64,000 nt of DNA from an uncultured virus (IMG/VR IMGVR_UViG_3300029258_003649) (taxonomy: Duplodnaviria > Heunggongvirae > Uroviricota > Caudoviricetes). Position numbers and translations under genes: made by a program. The notes under the pieces were generated by a model that saw nothing but the letters and a program-made list of their open reading frames with translations, had not been told where the DNA came from and searched no databases. Positions 48,777 through 57,937 of the stretch are shown here, in pieces; position 1 is the stretch's first letter; each line of letters starts with the position of its first letter. The stretch is from the IMG/VR virus record IMGVR_UViG_3300029258_003649; one strand, 5' to 3'.

Positions 48777-49432
48777 TCGAGTTACGAGTCGGCCAGGTCA
48801 TGGGGCAGAACCGGCTGTTTCATCAGAAGCGGCTGCTTGTGTCCACGATCCTGAATGCCGTGCGATTGTTTGAAGAAGACATGCCGCCCTACCTGGGACT
48901 CGACCCGTCGTGGACGATCCCATTTGAGCAGGCATGCGTAGTCTGGACAGCGGGACACATCATCCCGAGGGGCATCATCAACCAGGACATGATGATCTCC
49001 CTGTTGCAACAGCGCGGCGACGCGCTGCTGGCGATCGGTCGAGAGTACGGTAAGATGCTAGACACTGATCCGAACATCCCGTATCTGGCCCCGCGCTTTC
49101 TATCGCTGGCCGATCGGCGTTGGTTCAGTATCAGTGGACTGGATACGCACTTCACGTTGCAACACGGTGACGTGACCGAGCAGATGCCACCGACGTTTGA
49201 GGGCATATCATATGACCTCGGCCAACCGACGCTGATGGAATGGCGCCGGATAGTTATGGAGAACCAGGAACATGGCCCTCTCGCAGCAGATGAAGCAGAT
49301 CCTTCTCGACCCGGAGACATCAGCGACGGTCCTGTTGATCGCCGCGAGCGACCTGCTCGGCCCGGAGTGGCTGAACTGGGACCCGATGACGATCCGGATG
49401 GAGATGCAGGAGGAGTTGGGATCCCCGCTTAA
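48773..49432 (+). CDS. Hypothetical protein
   Basis: Coupled start; the C-terminal tail overlaps the next gene. Confidence 0.55.
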   Translation: MIELRVGQVMGQNRLFHQKRLLVSTILNAVRLFEEDMPPYLGLDPSWTIPFEQACVVWTAGHIIPRGIINQDMMISLLQQRGDALLAIGREYGKMLDTDPNIPYLAPRFLSLADRRWFSISGLDTHFTLQHGDVTEQMPPTFEGISYDLGQPTLMEWRRIVMENQEHGPLAADEADPSRPGDISDGPVDRRERPARPGVAELGPDDDPDGDAGGVGIPA

Positions 49433-49985
49433 GGAGCCTTCTTTCAACAAGCTCCTGGCAGCGAGGGAACTCGTAACGACCGATGGGTTTTACACTAACC
49501 TTCCGGACTTCATCCGACTCTGCAACGCCCTCTACAACGGTAGCGTCAGTCCGCATGCGTTTGACCCCGCAGACGCAGGGGAAATTGCGTGGGCTATTAC
49601 TGAATCTCTCCTTATCTGGCCACCCGATCCGAATGAAGAAGAACCATTCACTGATCAGATACTTGAGTACATCGGTAAGACGCTAGATGAAGAGGGCATT
49701 ATGACTCCTCCCGACGTCTTGCGGCTCGGCATCTTGAACGAGCAGACGTGGGAGAAGGTGCAGGCGACCTACTCAGACGATCCGTCGATGTTCAACGCGA
49801 TCTACGACAAAGAGCGTGAGAAGACCGACGAGATCAACGCCGTGGTGAAAGCCCGGCTGCGGCGCCTGCTGGAGACGCTGGACGCCCTGCCGTTGCGAGA
49901 CGGCGACGCCACCGACTCCGTTAAGCGTATGCTTGGGGCAATTCAATCCAAAGAAGAAGAGGGCAGCAAACTCAAACCGATTTGA
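49272..49985 (+). CDS. Hypothetical phage protein
   Basis: Globular helical sequence (EWLNWDPMTIRME, EIAWAITE) with good codon usage. Confidence 0.65.
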   Translation: MALSQQMKQILLDPETSATVLLIAASDLLGPEWLNWDPMTIRMEMQEELGSPLKEPSFNKLLAARELVTTDGFYTNLPDFIRLCNALYNGSVSPHAFDPADAGEIAWAITESLLIWPPDPNEEEPFTDQILEYIGKTLDEEGIMTPPDVLRLGILNEQTWEKVQATYSDDPSMFNAIYDKEREKTDEINAVVKARLRRLLETLDALPLRDGDATDSVKRMLGAIQSKEEEGSKLKPI

Positions 49986-50011
49986 GTCTTGGCTGTCCGT
50001 CGGAGGACAGC

Positions 50012-51334
50012 ATGCCCAGAATGCCCGAAACGTCTGATAGTGACTACACGGCTATCACACCAGACCTACGTGAACGGCGGCAAAGGCGCGGGCGCCGAAC
50101 CGCCGAGACCATCGACCAGGAGCGGCTGCGGTCCATTGGTAACGACCGCAGCTGGATTCGCAACGAGGCCTGGCGCGCACCGACTCCAGTAGTCTTCAAC
50201 GCCAACTACTCGTTCGTTCGCGTGCTGTCGCACGTAACGCACACCGCTACATCTATGTCGGACTACGGTGGACGATACGTTTCGGCGAGGAGTAGCGACG
50301 GCAACTACGAGTGGGATGCCACCGTAGGAGACGTCATCCTGGCGTGCTATCATCATCGACGCATGGCCGAGGAGATGCGACTGTATGTTGCGCTGCCGGA
50401 TTCGTTGACATACCACGTCAATACCGGCAAGATCATGCGCGAGACTGGTTGGCATCGCCTGATGCGTCCGATCGCGCGCAGCTGGCTCGCCATGCTACCC
50501 ATCCACCGAATCGTCCGTGCCTGCATTGAAGGGACAACCGAGATTGATGCCGCGGTCGCGCTATCGTCCGACATGTCACGTGACGACACGGCAGCGCTAC
50601 GCAACGCACGTGCACATTTGCAGGAAATCCTCGCAGAAGCACTGCGTGCACCGGAGGACAGCTTCGAACGACTGATTCAGATGCAGTTCGAGGACCTTCG
50701 GCACCGGCTGATGTACATGACGGGTCAGAACCGGGAGTTCATCATGTCGGCGCTCCAGAGTCACTACAATCGCGATTTTCCGTCGCGCTCACGCGCCATG
50801 GATGACATCCGCGATATGCTGCGCAACTGCGAGATCGACGGGGTTGCCGGCAACCTGACGCGTCGTGTACGCCACGACGCCAACGACTGCCGCGCGCTGG
50901 TACTGATGCTCGAGGGCTGCCTCGGGGTCGTCCAGGCGGAGCACCGTCGCCAGGCGTGGGTTGAGGACATCATCACGCGACTCGACGGGTGGCCCCACAC
51001 CACCGGAGGCGTGAACAACCTAGTGGCCGATATGGATCTGTACGACGTGCTCGACGCAGCCAACGGCCTAATACAAAGCGAGGAATTCGTAGCTATCTCG
51101 CGAGACGGCACGCTACAACGCCAAGAAAACCCGGATGTGGATGAAGCACTTGGCGCTGTCAGACGTGTACTCGCCGATCGCTACGGTCTCGACCGCAGCA
51201 GGAGTCAGATCCGTGCTGCATTGCAAGACGTCTTCGACGAACGCGGAGGAGACGCAGAGGAACCGCAAGGTCCTGTTACAAGTGAAAGACGTCCAAGAGG
51301 AGTACGTTTAGACAGGAGAGATGATGGCGACTAA
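50012..51334 (+). CDS. Hypothetical helical protein with a C-terminal RRPRGVRL tag
   Basis: GGAGG at 50002 and ATG at 50012; overlaps the AAA gene start. Confidence 0.65.
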   Translation: MPRMPETSDSDYTAITPDLRERRQRRGRRTAETIDQERLRSIGNDRSWIRNEAWRAPTPVVFNANYSFVRVLSHVTHTATSMSDYGGRYVSARSSDGNYEWDATVGDVILACYHHRRMAEEMRLYVALPDSLTYHVNTGKIMRETGWHRLMRPIARSWLAMLPIHRIVRACIEGTTEIDAAVALSSDMSRDDTAALRNARAHLQEILAEALRAPEDSFERLIQMQFEDLRHRLMYMTGQNREFIMSALQSHYNRDFPSRSRAMDDIRDMLRNCEIDGVAGNLTRRVRHDANDCRALVLMLEGCLGVVQAEHRRQAWVEDIITRLDGWPHTTGGVNNLVADMDLYDVLDAANGLIQSEEFVAISRDGTLQRQENPDVDEALGAVRRVLADRYGLDRSRSQIRAALQDVFDERGGDAEEPQGPVTSERRPRGVRLDRRDDGD

Positions 51335-53027
51335 ATTCGCTCAGTCCTTCATGTCGAAGATCGACTCTGGATCGTCTGTCATTTGGGTGTACTTGTCTGG
51401 CGACGAGGGCCGCGCAGAGCGAGCCCTGAAAGAGATCGCTGCCGAGTATACCAGGCAGACGCCTGTTGATCTGCGATGGTACAGCTGGAACTGTGTGACG
51501 GGAGCCAGCTGGAATACGAAGTGTATCGACCCGTTACAAGCATTGCAGGAGGCTGCTTCCCAGAAGCTGCCAGGGGACGGCCTGATTCTCATGAAGGATC
51601 TTGGCTCGTATCTCAACGGCCAGGGGCAGAAGAACCTGCAACTACGAAGAGCGCTCATGGAGATTTGCATCGACAACGCGCTCAGCAACGACAAGAGAAC
51701 GCGACCTATCGTCACACTGGCCAACACGCCAGTCCCTCACGCCGATATTGCGGAGTACTGCGACGTCATCGACTTCGAGCTCCCGCGATACGACGAGATG
51801 AAGAAAGACGTGTTCGACTTCATCGTTGGCTCCGCCGCACGGAGCAATAAAGGTAAGAAGAAGACAACTGTGGATGCAGAGCTGGAAGAAAAGATCATCC
51901 GCTCGATGCTCGGAACGACCTCCGAAGAAGCACAGCGCATCTTTGCGTACGCGTGTGCTGTGAGTGGGGGCGTCAACGAGCAGTGTCTGGACATCATCGC
52001 CGCCGAAAAGGCGAAGGTGATCCGGAAGGTGGAGGGTCTGCGCTTCATTCCGCACGAGAAGATCCCGAACGCCGATCAGATCGGTGGCTTCAAGACCTTC
52101 TTGTCGTGGCTGCGTAAGCGCGCTCGTGCCTACACCCAGCACGCCCAAACTGTCGGGCTGGAGCTCCCACGGGGCTCGGTCCTGATCGGGCCTGCGGGTA
52201 CGGGCAAGACACTGGTGGCGAAAGCCGCGGCCAAGATGCTTGGGCTGGACCTGGTGCTGATGGACATCGGCAGCATGTTCGACAAGTATGTCGGCGGATC
52301 GGAAGCGAAGATCCGTTCTGCCCTCCAAATGGTCGCAGCCATGCCGAACGCCCTGCTCATGATCGACGAGATCGACAAGGCTTTCGGCGGCGCCCACGAG
52401 AACCAGGCTGCGGACAGCGGCGTGGCGTCTCGGGTGTTGAGCTACTTCCTCAACTGGCTGAGCGAGCGGGACATGGCGTCCGATTCTGACGCCCGTACGT
52501 TCGTCATGGTCACGATGAACCGAACGGCTGGGGTTCCCGATGAACTCCTGCGTGCCGGACGATTCGATCGGGTGTGGTCCACGGACCTGCCGGACCAAGA
52601 CGAGCGGCTCGAGATCCTCAGCATCCACCTGGACCGGCGCAACTGCGACTCGGCCCACTACGGAAAGTCACTGCGTACAGTGGTGACCGGCACCGACCAA
52701 TACACCGGCGCAGAGCTGGAAGAGATCGTGATCAGCGCTCGCAATGACGCCTACGACGACCGTATGTCGAAGTGGGAGGACGCGGGCAAGAAGGGCGACC
52801 CGCCCGACGCTGAAGCGATCCGTCCGACTGCCGAAGAGCTTCTTGCCGCTGCGAGAGAAATCACGCCGGTAGCGAAGATCAACGCAGATGCTGTCGCCGC
52901 TATCAGAAAATTCTGCCAGGAGAACACCTACCCGGTCAACGGGGAACGCGTTCACAATACTGGCCGCAAGTCGCGGAAGGTCTCCACCGAGAGAGCCGCC
53001 ACGGCTGCAGACCCCTCCTCCAACTAG
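51321..53027 (+). CDS. AAA+ ATPase, Ycf46-like (degenerate first domain plus intact second domain)
   Basis: Walker A GPAGTGKT, Walker B MIDEIDK, KYVGGSE pore loop and LLRAGRFD arginine finger; N-terminal DEGRA..LMKDL half. Confidence 0.85.
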   Translation: MMATKFAQSFMSKIDSGSSVIWVYLSGDEGRAERALKEIAAEYTRQTPVDLRWYSWNCVTGASWNTKCIDPLQALQEAASQKLPGDGLILMKDLGSYLNGQGQKNLQLRRALMEICIDNALSNDKRTRPIVTLANTPVPHADIAEYCDVIDFELPRYDEMKKDVFDFIVGSAARSNKGKKKTTVDAELEEKIIRSMLGTTSEEAQRIFAYACAVSGGVNEQCLDIIAAEKAKVIRKVEGLRFIPHEKIPNADQIGGFKTFLSWLRKRARAYTQHAQTVGLELPRGSVLIGPAGTGKTLVAKAAAKMLGLDLVLMDIGSMFDKYVGGSEAKIRSALQMVAAMPNALLMIDEIDKAFGGAHENQAADSGVASRVLSYFLNWLSERDMASDSDARTFVMVTMNRTAGVPDELLRAGRFDRVWSTDLPDQDERLEILSIHLDRRNCDSAHYGKSLRTVVTGTDQYTGAELEEIVISARNDAYDDRMSKWEDAGKKGDPPDAEAIRPTAEELLAAAREITPVAKINADAVAAIRKFCQENTYPVNGERVHNTGRKSRKVSTERAATAADPSSN

Positions 53028-53037
53028 GAGATTTGCA

Positions 53038-53460
53038 TTGAGCCACATGACTCGACGCAAAAGCGCTATCAAGGACGCCGCGGCCTTGAAAAAAGCGTGC
53101 GACAAGATTCCCGGCGCACAATATATGGGCGTCGCCAAGGGCAAAGGCGGTGGCATGCGCAACAAGCACGGCCACCAAGTCCAACTGCCCGGTTGGCGAT
53201 ACCCTGTAACGATCGATCAGACCACTGGGGAATGTTCGTTCGACAACTACAACGGCTCTTGGGGTAAAGAGAAAGAACTCGACAACCTCAAGCAGCAGTA
53301 CGGGGTCGAAGCTGCCAAAGCCAAGGCGGAAGCCGAAGGCGCTACCGAGATGGAAGAACTGAAACTGGACGACGGCTCGATCAAGCTGGTCATCCCCATC
53401 GGGGGCGGTGACTACGCGGTCGAAGGCGACGGCGGCGGAGGTGATGGCTGGGACGTCTAG
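53038..53460 (+). CDS. DUF1257/Ycf35-like protein
   Basis: AGGAG RBS and TTG start; MSH..IKD..ALKKAC, LPGWRYPV, FDNYNGSWG..LKQQY, DDGSIKL. Confidence 0.75.
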   Translation: MSHMTRRKSAIKDAAALKKACDKIPGAQYMGVAKGKGGGMRNKHGHQVQLPGWRYPVTIDQTTGECSFDNYNGSWGKEKELDNLKQQYGVEAAKAKAEAEGATEMEELKLDDGSIKLVIPIGGGDYAVEGDGGGGDGWDV

Positions 53461-53500
53461 TCCTGCCAATTTTATTCACGAGAACAAGATTGGAGAACAA

Positions 53501-53710
53501 ATGCCTATCACCGGACCCCGCATCGAGATTACGGTCTCTCCCAAGGGAGAAGCAACGACCGCAGTTTTCGGCGTCCAAGGCGGCAGCTGCCGCGCCCTGA
53601 CCGAAGGTTACGAGAACCTGTTCGGTGAGGTTGAAGAAACCCTCGACACCGCAGAGGCTTACGAAGATCCCGAGGAAATCGAGATCAAGGGTGAGCAAAA
53701 GGGCGGTTAA
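53501..53710 (+). CDS. DUF2997-like small protein
   Basis: IEITVSPKGE..VFGVQGGSC..LT..E..FG..TAEAY; follows the DUF1257-like gene. Confidence 0.75.
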   Translation: MPITGPRIEITVSPKGEATTAVFGVQGGSCRALTEGYENLFGEVEETLDTAEAYEDPEEIEIKGEQKGG

Positions 53711-53717
53711 CTGAAAT

Positions 53718-53932
53718 AAGTCCCAGGACGAGGATGAACGGGCAGCAGCTCCGGAGGCGACGGCCTCCAACAGGAGTTGGGCGTGCCCTCTGCCTTACAC
53801 CCACGTGACGCGCACGTAGTTGTGTCGGTGTGAGTGTCTGGACGGGAGCCGGGGTGTTGGATACATGCCAAAGTGTGAGCCCATCATAGCCGCACACGGC
53901 CCAGCTTAAAGGGGAAGCCGGCCCTGGGACTT
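53718..53932 (+). ncRNA. Structured RNA element B (multi-branch, related to element A)
   Basis: Closing stem aagtcccagg/cctgggactt; inner ggaggc-GACG-gcctcc and ttacacc/ggtgtga stems. Confidence 0.5.
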
Positions 53933-53953
53933 TTACTATTCAAGGAGGACGAC

Positions 53954-54343
53954 ATGCCAAATGTCGAAATCGTCATTGAGGGAGACGGCACAGTTCGTCA
54001 TCTGGTTGATGCCAACTCTGAGCGCATCGGCCAGGCTATTGCTGGCGAGAAGATTGATACTCGCCGCGCCTCGCACGTGGAGACGTGGTCGAGTCTCACT
54101 GACGACGCTAAGAAGCTGCTTCTGGAGACGCGACTGGTTCGTTTGAAGAATGGCGTGCCCCACGCACGCGTCTTCGGGTCGACCCGGATCGTGGACATCC
54201 AGAACTACTTCTGGGCGGATCTTACGCCATGCAACGGCCCCATCCAGGGACCGTTTGTAAACTACGAGCAGGCCATTGGTTCTGAAATCAAATGGCTTCA
54301 ATCACAAAACCTGCCCATGCCGAAGGAAGACAATGCCGACTGA
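53954..54343 (+). CDS. Hypothetical protein of the AAA cluster
   Basis: AAGGAGG RBS; IVIEGDGTVRHL, RRASHVE, WADLTP.NGP.QGPF..AI..EIKWL. Confidence 0.7.
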   Translation: MPNVEIVIEGDGTVRHLVDANSERIGQAIAGEKIDTRRASHVETWSSLTDDAKKLLLETRLVRLKNGVPHARVFGSTRIVDIQNYFWADLTPCNGPIQGPFVNYEQAIGSEIKWLQSQNLPMPKEDNAD

Positions 54344-55448
54344 CGGCGAAGCCTACGAAGGCGGACAGCTTTTACAACACATCTCGCGACACGTTTTTAT
54401 CGTGATGCTACACGTCTCGTGGCCGCGGTTGAGCTTCAAGATCGACAACGCCAAAGTGTCGGTCCCTGCCAACGGCGGTAGCCAAGACAAGGAGAAGGAG
54501 GTTCAGGAGAAGTACCGGACAGACCCGAAGTTCAAGTTCTGTCCTGAGGACTGGAGCAAACGCCTCGGCAACCTCGAGTACCGCGCCCGAACACGCCTCT
54601 CAAACGCATCCATCAAGTTTGCCACGCGCGGAATGGCTGTGCTACCAGTCACCCGTGCCGCTGACGTGTTCTCTGGATTCCGTACGCTCCGCGAGGAGCT
54701 GATGGGCTATCAGGAGGACTTCGTCAGCGACTACGAGCAGATCTTGGCGGATCTAAAAGATGACCTCGCAGTTGAGGTCTACGACCAAGCCTCCGGCAAG
54801 ATGCCGAGTAAGCAGGAAATCGCAACGAAATTCGGGCTTACTTGGGCGATCGTGCCTGCTGGTGGCGGCAGCAACATCAACGGTGAGCAGATCGATTTGC
54901 TGCGCAGCATCCTCCGAAGGGCGCTGCCAAACGCAAACGACATACTCGCCGTCGATATCGAGGAGGCGTCGCTCATGCTCGACCAGATCGAGTCGCAGCT
55001 GACCTCGTCGGCGATCACCGACGAAGAGGCGGCTGAGCTGATCGGCGAGGCGCGTGAGCAGATGAACAAGTTCACCGAGCAGATGCTCGAGGACATGGCT
55101 CGCGAACCGCGCCAACTGCTGGTCGACGCGACTGATAACCTGATGGAGGCTCTCACAGATCCCAAACGCATAGTACAGAACGGCACCATCGCACAGGTCG
55201 AGCGCGCCTTCGAAATGGTCGAAGGCTTCTCATTCCTGGCCGGCGATGAGCTGCTCGCTGAAATCAAGCGAGTGCGTTCGCGGCTGAACGAGCACGAAGT
55301 CAAACAGCTGAACTCGGATGCCGAGATCGGGGCCAAGCTGGCCGCCGGTTTGCAAGGCGTGCGAGACGAGGCTGCCAATGCGCGGTCCGCTGCGACCGCC
55401 GTACGGCAGTTCCGCGGAATCCGTTTCCGGGAAACCGCTGACACGTAA
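54333..55448 (+). CDS. Helical protein (DUF3150-like, putative) with a C-terminal RQFRGIRF tag
   Basis: LHVSW N-terminal motif and FVSDYEQ helical bundle; found in the AAA cluster. Confidence 0.55.
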   Translation: MPTDGEAYEGGQLLQHISRHVFIVMLHVSWPRLSFKIDNAKVSVPANGGSQDKEKEVQEKYRTDPKFKFCPEDWSKRLGNLEYRARTRLSNASIKFATRGMAVLPVTRAADVFSGFRTLREELMGYQEDFVSDYEQILADLKDDLAVEVYDQASGKMPSKQEIATKFGLTWAIVPAGGGSNINGEQIDLLRSILRRALPNANDILAVDIEEASLMLDQIESQLTSSAITDEEAAELIGEAREQMNKFTEQMLEDMAREPRQLLVDATDNLMEALTDPKRIVQNGTIAQVERAFEMVEGFSFLAGDELLAEIKRVRSRLNEHEVKQLNSDAEIGAKLAAGLQGVRDEAANARSAATAVRQFRGIRFRETADT

Positions 55449-55528
55449 CAAACAGGTGTGCCGCGGGTGGTTTTACTATTGCTTGCCCATTTCCCCACCC
55501 GCGGCCTCCTTTTCCTATAGGAGATACT

Positions 55529-56005
55529 ATGTCCACAGCAAAGAACCTGATTCAGATGCGCACGCAGTTGGCGCACATCTCGCTGCCGGTAAGCCAGAAG
55601 GCAAAAACAGCAGCACTGCGGCTTGGAGCTGCACTCTGGGACGTTGTGCCCACACTGCCGGTCGACATATCGTACGGCGGGACTGGCCAGGTAACGCTCG
55701 AGATCGAGCTTACTGGCGGAACCGTAGGCACGGTGGAGATCGATGCCGAGGGGTACTTCTACGTGGACACCGGAACGCCCGACGAAGGTCTGGCACTCGA
55801 CATCCTGATGTTCCTCGACAGGGAGACAGGCGATGGCGAAAGCCACGAAGAAGAAGGCACCAGTCAAACGGACGGGCAAGAAGAAGCGCCCGGCCCCAAA
55901 GAAGGTGCAGATCAAAAAGAAGGCCAAGGTCAAGATGACCCGGCTCAAGAAGAAGGTAGCCAAGAAGAAGGTCAAGAAGAAAGCAAAGATGCCGACACGC
56001 AGTAG
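55529..56005 (+). CDS. Hypothetical protein with an acidic run-on tail
   Basis: AGGAG RBS; overlaps the next gene by 173 nt. Confidence 0.55.
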   Translation: MSTAKNLIQMRTQLAHISLPVSQKAKTAALRLGAALWDVVPTLPVDISYGGTGQVTLEIELTGGTVGTVEIDAEGYFYVDTGTPDEGLALDILMFLDRETGDGESHEEEGTSQTDGQEEAPGPKEGADQKEGQGQDDPAQEEGSQEEGQEESKDADTQ

Positions 56006-56369
56006 TGCGGTGAAGTACACCTTCAAGAACGGGGTCAAGCACGGCTCCGACGGAAGTACGGCGTACCCATCCAAATGCAAAGAGTCCACATCGTCGAACG
56101 GGCTGACCAAGTACCTGACGATCCTGTGGACCGATGACACACTCTCCTGCGACTGTCGCGGGTGGGCGATCCTCAAGAAGGATTCTGCTGGTAATCCCAA
56201 GCCCCGCACGTGCAAACACTGCAAGGCATCGGAGGCCAGCGACTACGACGACATGACCGCTGTCGATCAGTTCCAGCCGGGCACGGCCAACGCGCCGCGC
56301 AGCACGCAGCTGGATCTCAGTGACGAGCGTCAATGGCGGGGCATTCGTTTCCGCAATACCGAAGACTAG
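55833..56369 (+). CDS. Lys-rich (histone H1-like) N-terminus plus SWIM-type Zn finger, with a C-terminal RQWRGIRF tag
   Basis: GGAG RBS; KKK repeats; LSCDCRGW..TCKH. Confidence 0.7.
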   Translation: MAKATKKKAPVKRTGKKKRPAPKKVQIKKKAKVKMTRLKKKVAKKKVKKKAKMPTRSSAVKYTFKNGVKHGSDGSTAYPSKCKESTSSNGLTKYLTILWTDDTLSCDCRGWAILKKDSAGNPKPRTCKHCKASEASDYDDMTAVDQFQPGTANAPRSTQLDLSDERQWRGIRFRNTED

Positions 56370-56457
56370 CACCAACCCAGTCGATTGAATTTGGACCTGC
56401 TGTCGAAGCCACGTTGGCCAGACGGCGGTCCTTCCGTCAATCGACAGGAGGTGCTTC

Positions 56458-57153
56458 GTGCTTCAGCCCGGTAACTCTAAACTGGGTAACATTCATACAT
56501 TCAGTCTCCCACCGTGCATCACTTGCCCTGGTGAGACAGAAGTGTGTGCTGCAAACTGCTACGGAAAGAAAGGTCACTTCCGCCGCTCCAACGTGAAGAG
56601 CAGCCACGCTGCGAACCACAAGGCGGTGAAGAAGGACAATTTCGTAAGCAAGATGGTGGATGAAATCCAGCGGAAGAACGTCAAGACGCTGCGGATCCAC
56701 GTCACGGGCGACTTCTTTGACGCCCCATACATCCGCAAGTGGATTGCCGTTGCCGAACAGTGCCCGGACGTGACGTTCTACGCGTACACCCGGTCCTGGC
56801 GCATCAAGCGATTGATGCCCGCACTGACCGATTTCAACGCGCTGCCCAACACCAAGTTGTGGTGGTCGGTTGATGAGGACACCCACGAGATCGACGGCAA
56901 GCCGCCGACCCTCAAGGGCGTTCGGTCCGCCTACATGCAGACCTCTGACGACGAAGTTGTCCCTGCCTACTGCGACATGGTGCTGCGTACCAAGCGCGCC
57001 ACGCTCGTACGGTTCACCAGCGGCCGCCTCGTGTGCCCTGGCGAGAACGGGATGACGTACAAAAGAAAAATGACGTGCGAGCGCTGCCGCATTTGTCAGA
57101 CTGACAAGAAGGTGCCCCGCAAGGCTCGCACCCGGAAAAAGGTGAATGCCTAG
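56458..57153 (+). CDS. GP88-like (radical-SAM-related) phage protein
   Basis: GNSKLG..FSLP..TCPG...C...CY, RIHVTGDF and FYAYTRSW; AGGAGG RBS with GTG start. Confidence 0.75.
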   Translation: MLQPGNSKLGNIHTFSLPPCITCPGETEVCAANCYGKKGHFRRSNVKSSHAANHKAVKKDNFVSKMVDEIQRKNVKTLRIHVTGDFFDAPYIRKWIAVAEQCPDVTFYAYTRSWRIKRLMPALTDFNALPNTKLWWSVDEDTHEIDGKPPTLKGVRSAYMQTSDDEVVPAYCDMVLRTKRATLVRFTSGRLVCPGENGMTYKRKMTCERCRICQTDKKVPRKARTRKKVNA

Positions 57154-57937
57154 AAGACCACGCGACCTCCGAAAGGAGCCGCATTGGGAAGAGCATATCG
57201 GTGATTACTTCGGTAACGTCGAAGGATGGGTCGCAGAAAATACCCTCCAACGCTGGGCACAGACCAGCGGCTCCTTCCCGATCCGGCCCTATCTCGGAAG
57301 CATAATCGCTATCTCACCGGAAAAGAAAGAGTACATCAACGGCGCCGCCTTTTGGCGCCACGACATCATCGCCGATGCGTGGCGCGGCCCTTTCAATATG
57401 GGCGGCGCGTTGATGCTACTCACAGCAGATCCGGGAACACTGTCCGGCCGAGTAAAAGATAACAACATAATCGGCCGGTGGTACGGCAATCGTGTGACGA
57501 CCGCCTGGCGGTACACGAAATTGCAACCCCGCAACGGCGAGCACTCCAACGACTGGCTCGACGCCGTGCGTAACAACCACAAGGACATCAGTTGGGATGT
57601 CAAAATGTTCATGAACGTACAGCTTACGGGCTTGACGCCGTACGCCAAGACGCCGAATGACTTCCGCAGGATCATCAACGCGATGTTCCAGCCGCTCATC
57701 ACGGATTACACGTGGATGGACGACGGTCATCTATGGGCGCTGCGGGATGCGTGTGAACAGATGCCGAAAGGCACATGGAAAAAGATGCGTGAATGGCTAC
57801 TACGCCAGAAGCTATCTGACGAGGCGCGACTGGCGCTCGGTGGTCGGCCCGGCCGGCTCGCCGAAAATCAAACGCCAGCGGAGAATCGTAAGTTTCGCAA
57901 GGTCAACATCGAACGAACGGAAGGAACTTCGGAATGA
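57146..57937 (+). CDS. Hypothetical protein with a C-terminal RKFRKVNI tag
   Basis: Coupled to both neighbouring genes. Confidence 0.65.
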   Translation: MPRRPRDLRKEPHWEEHIGDYFGNVEGWVAENTLQRWAQTSGSFPIRPYLGSIIAISPEKKEYINGAAFWRHDIIADAWRGPFNMGGALMLLTADPGTLSGRVKDNNIIGRWYGNRVTTAWRYTKLQPRNGEHSNDWLDAVRNNHKDISWDVKMFMNVQLTGLTPYAKTPNDFRRIINAMFQPLITDYTWMDDGHLWALRDACEQMPKGTWKKMREWLLRQKLSDEARLALGGRPGRLAENQTPAENRKFRKVNIERTEGTSE

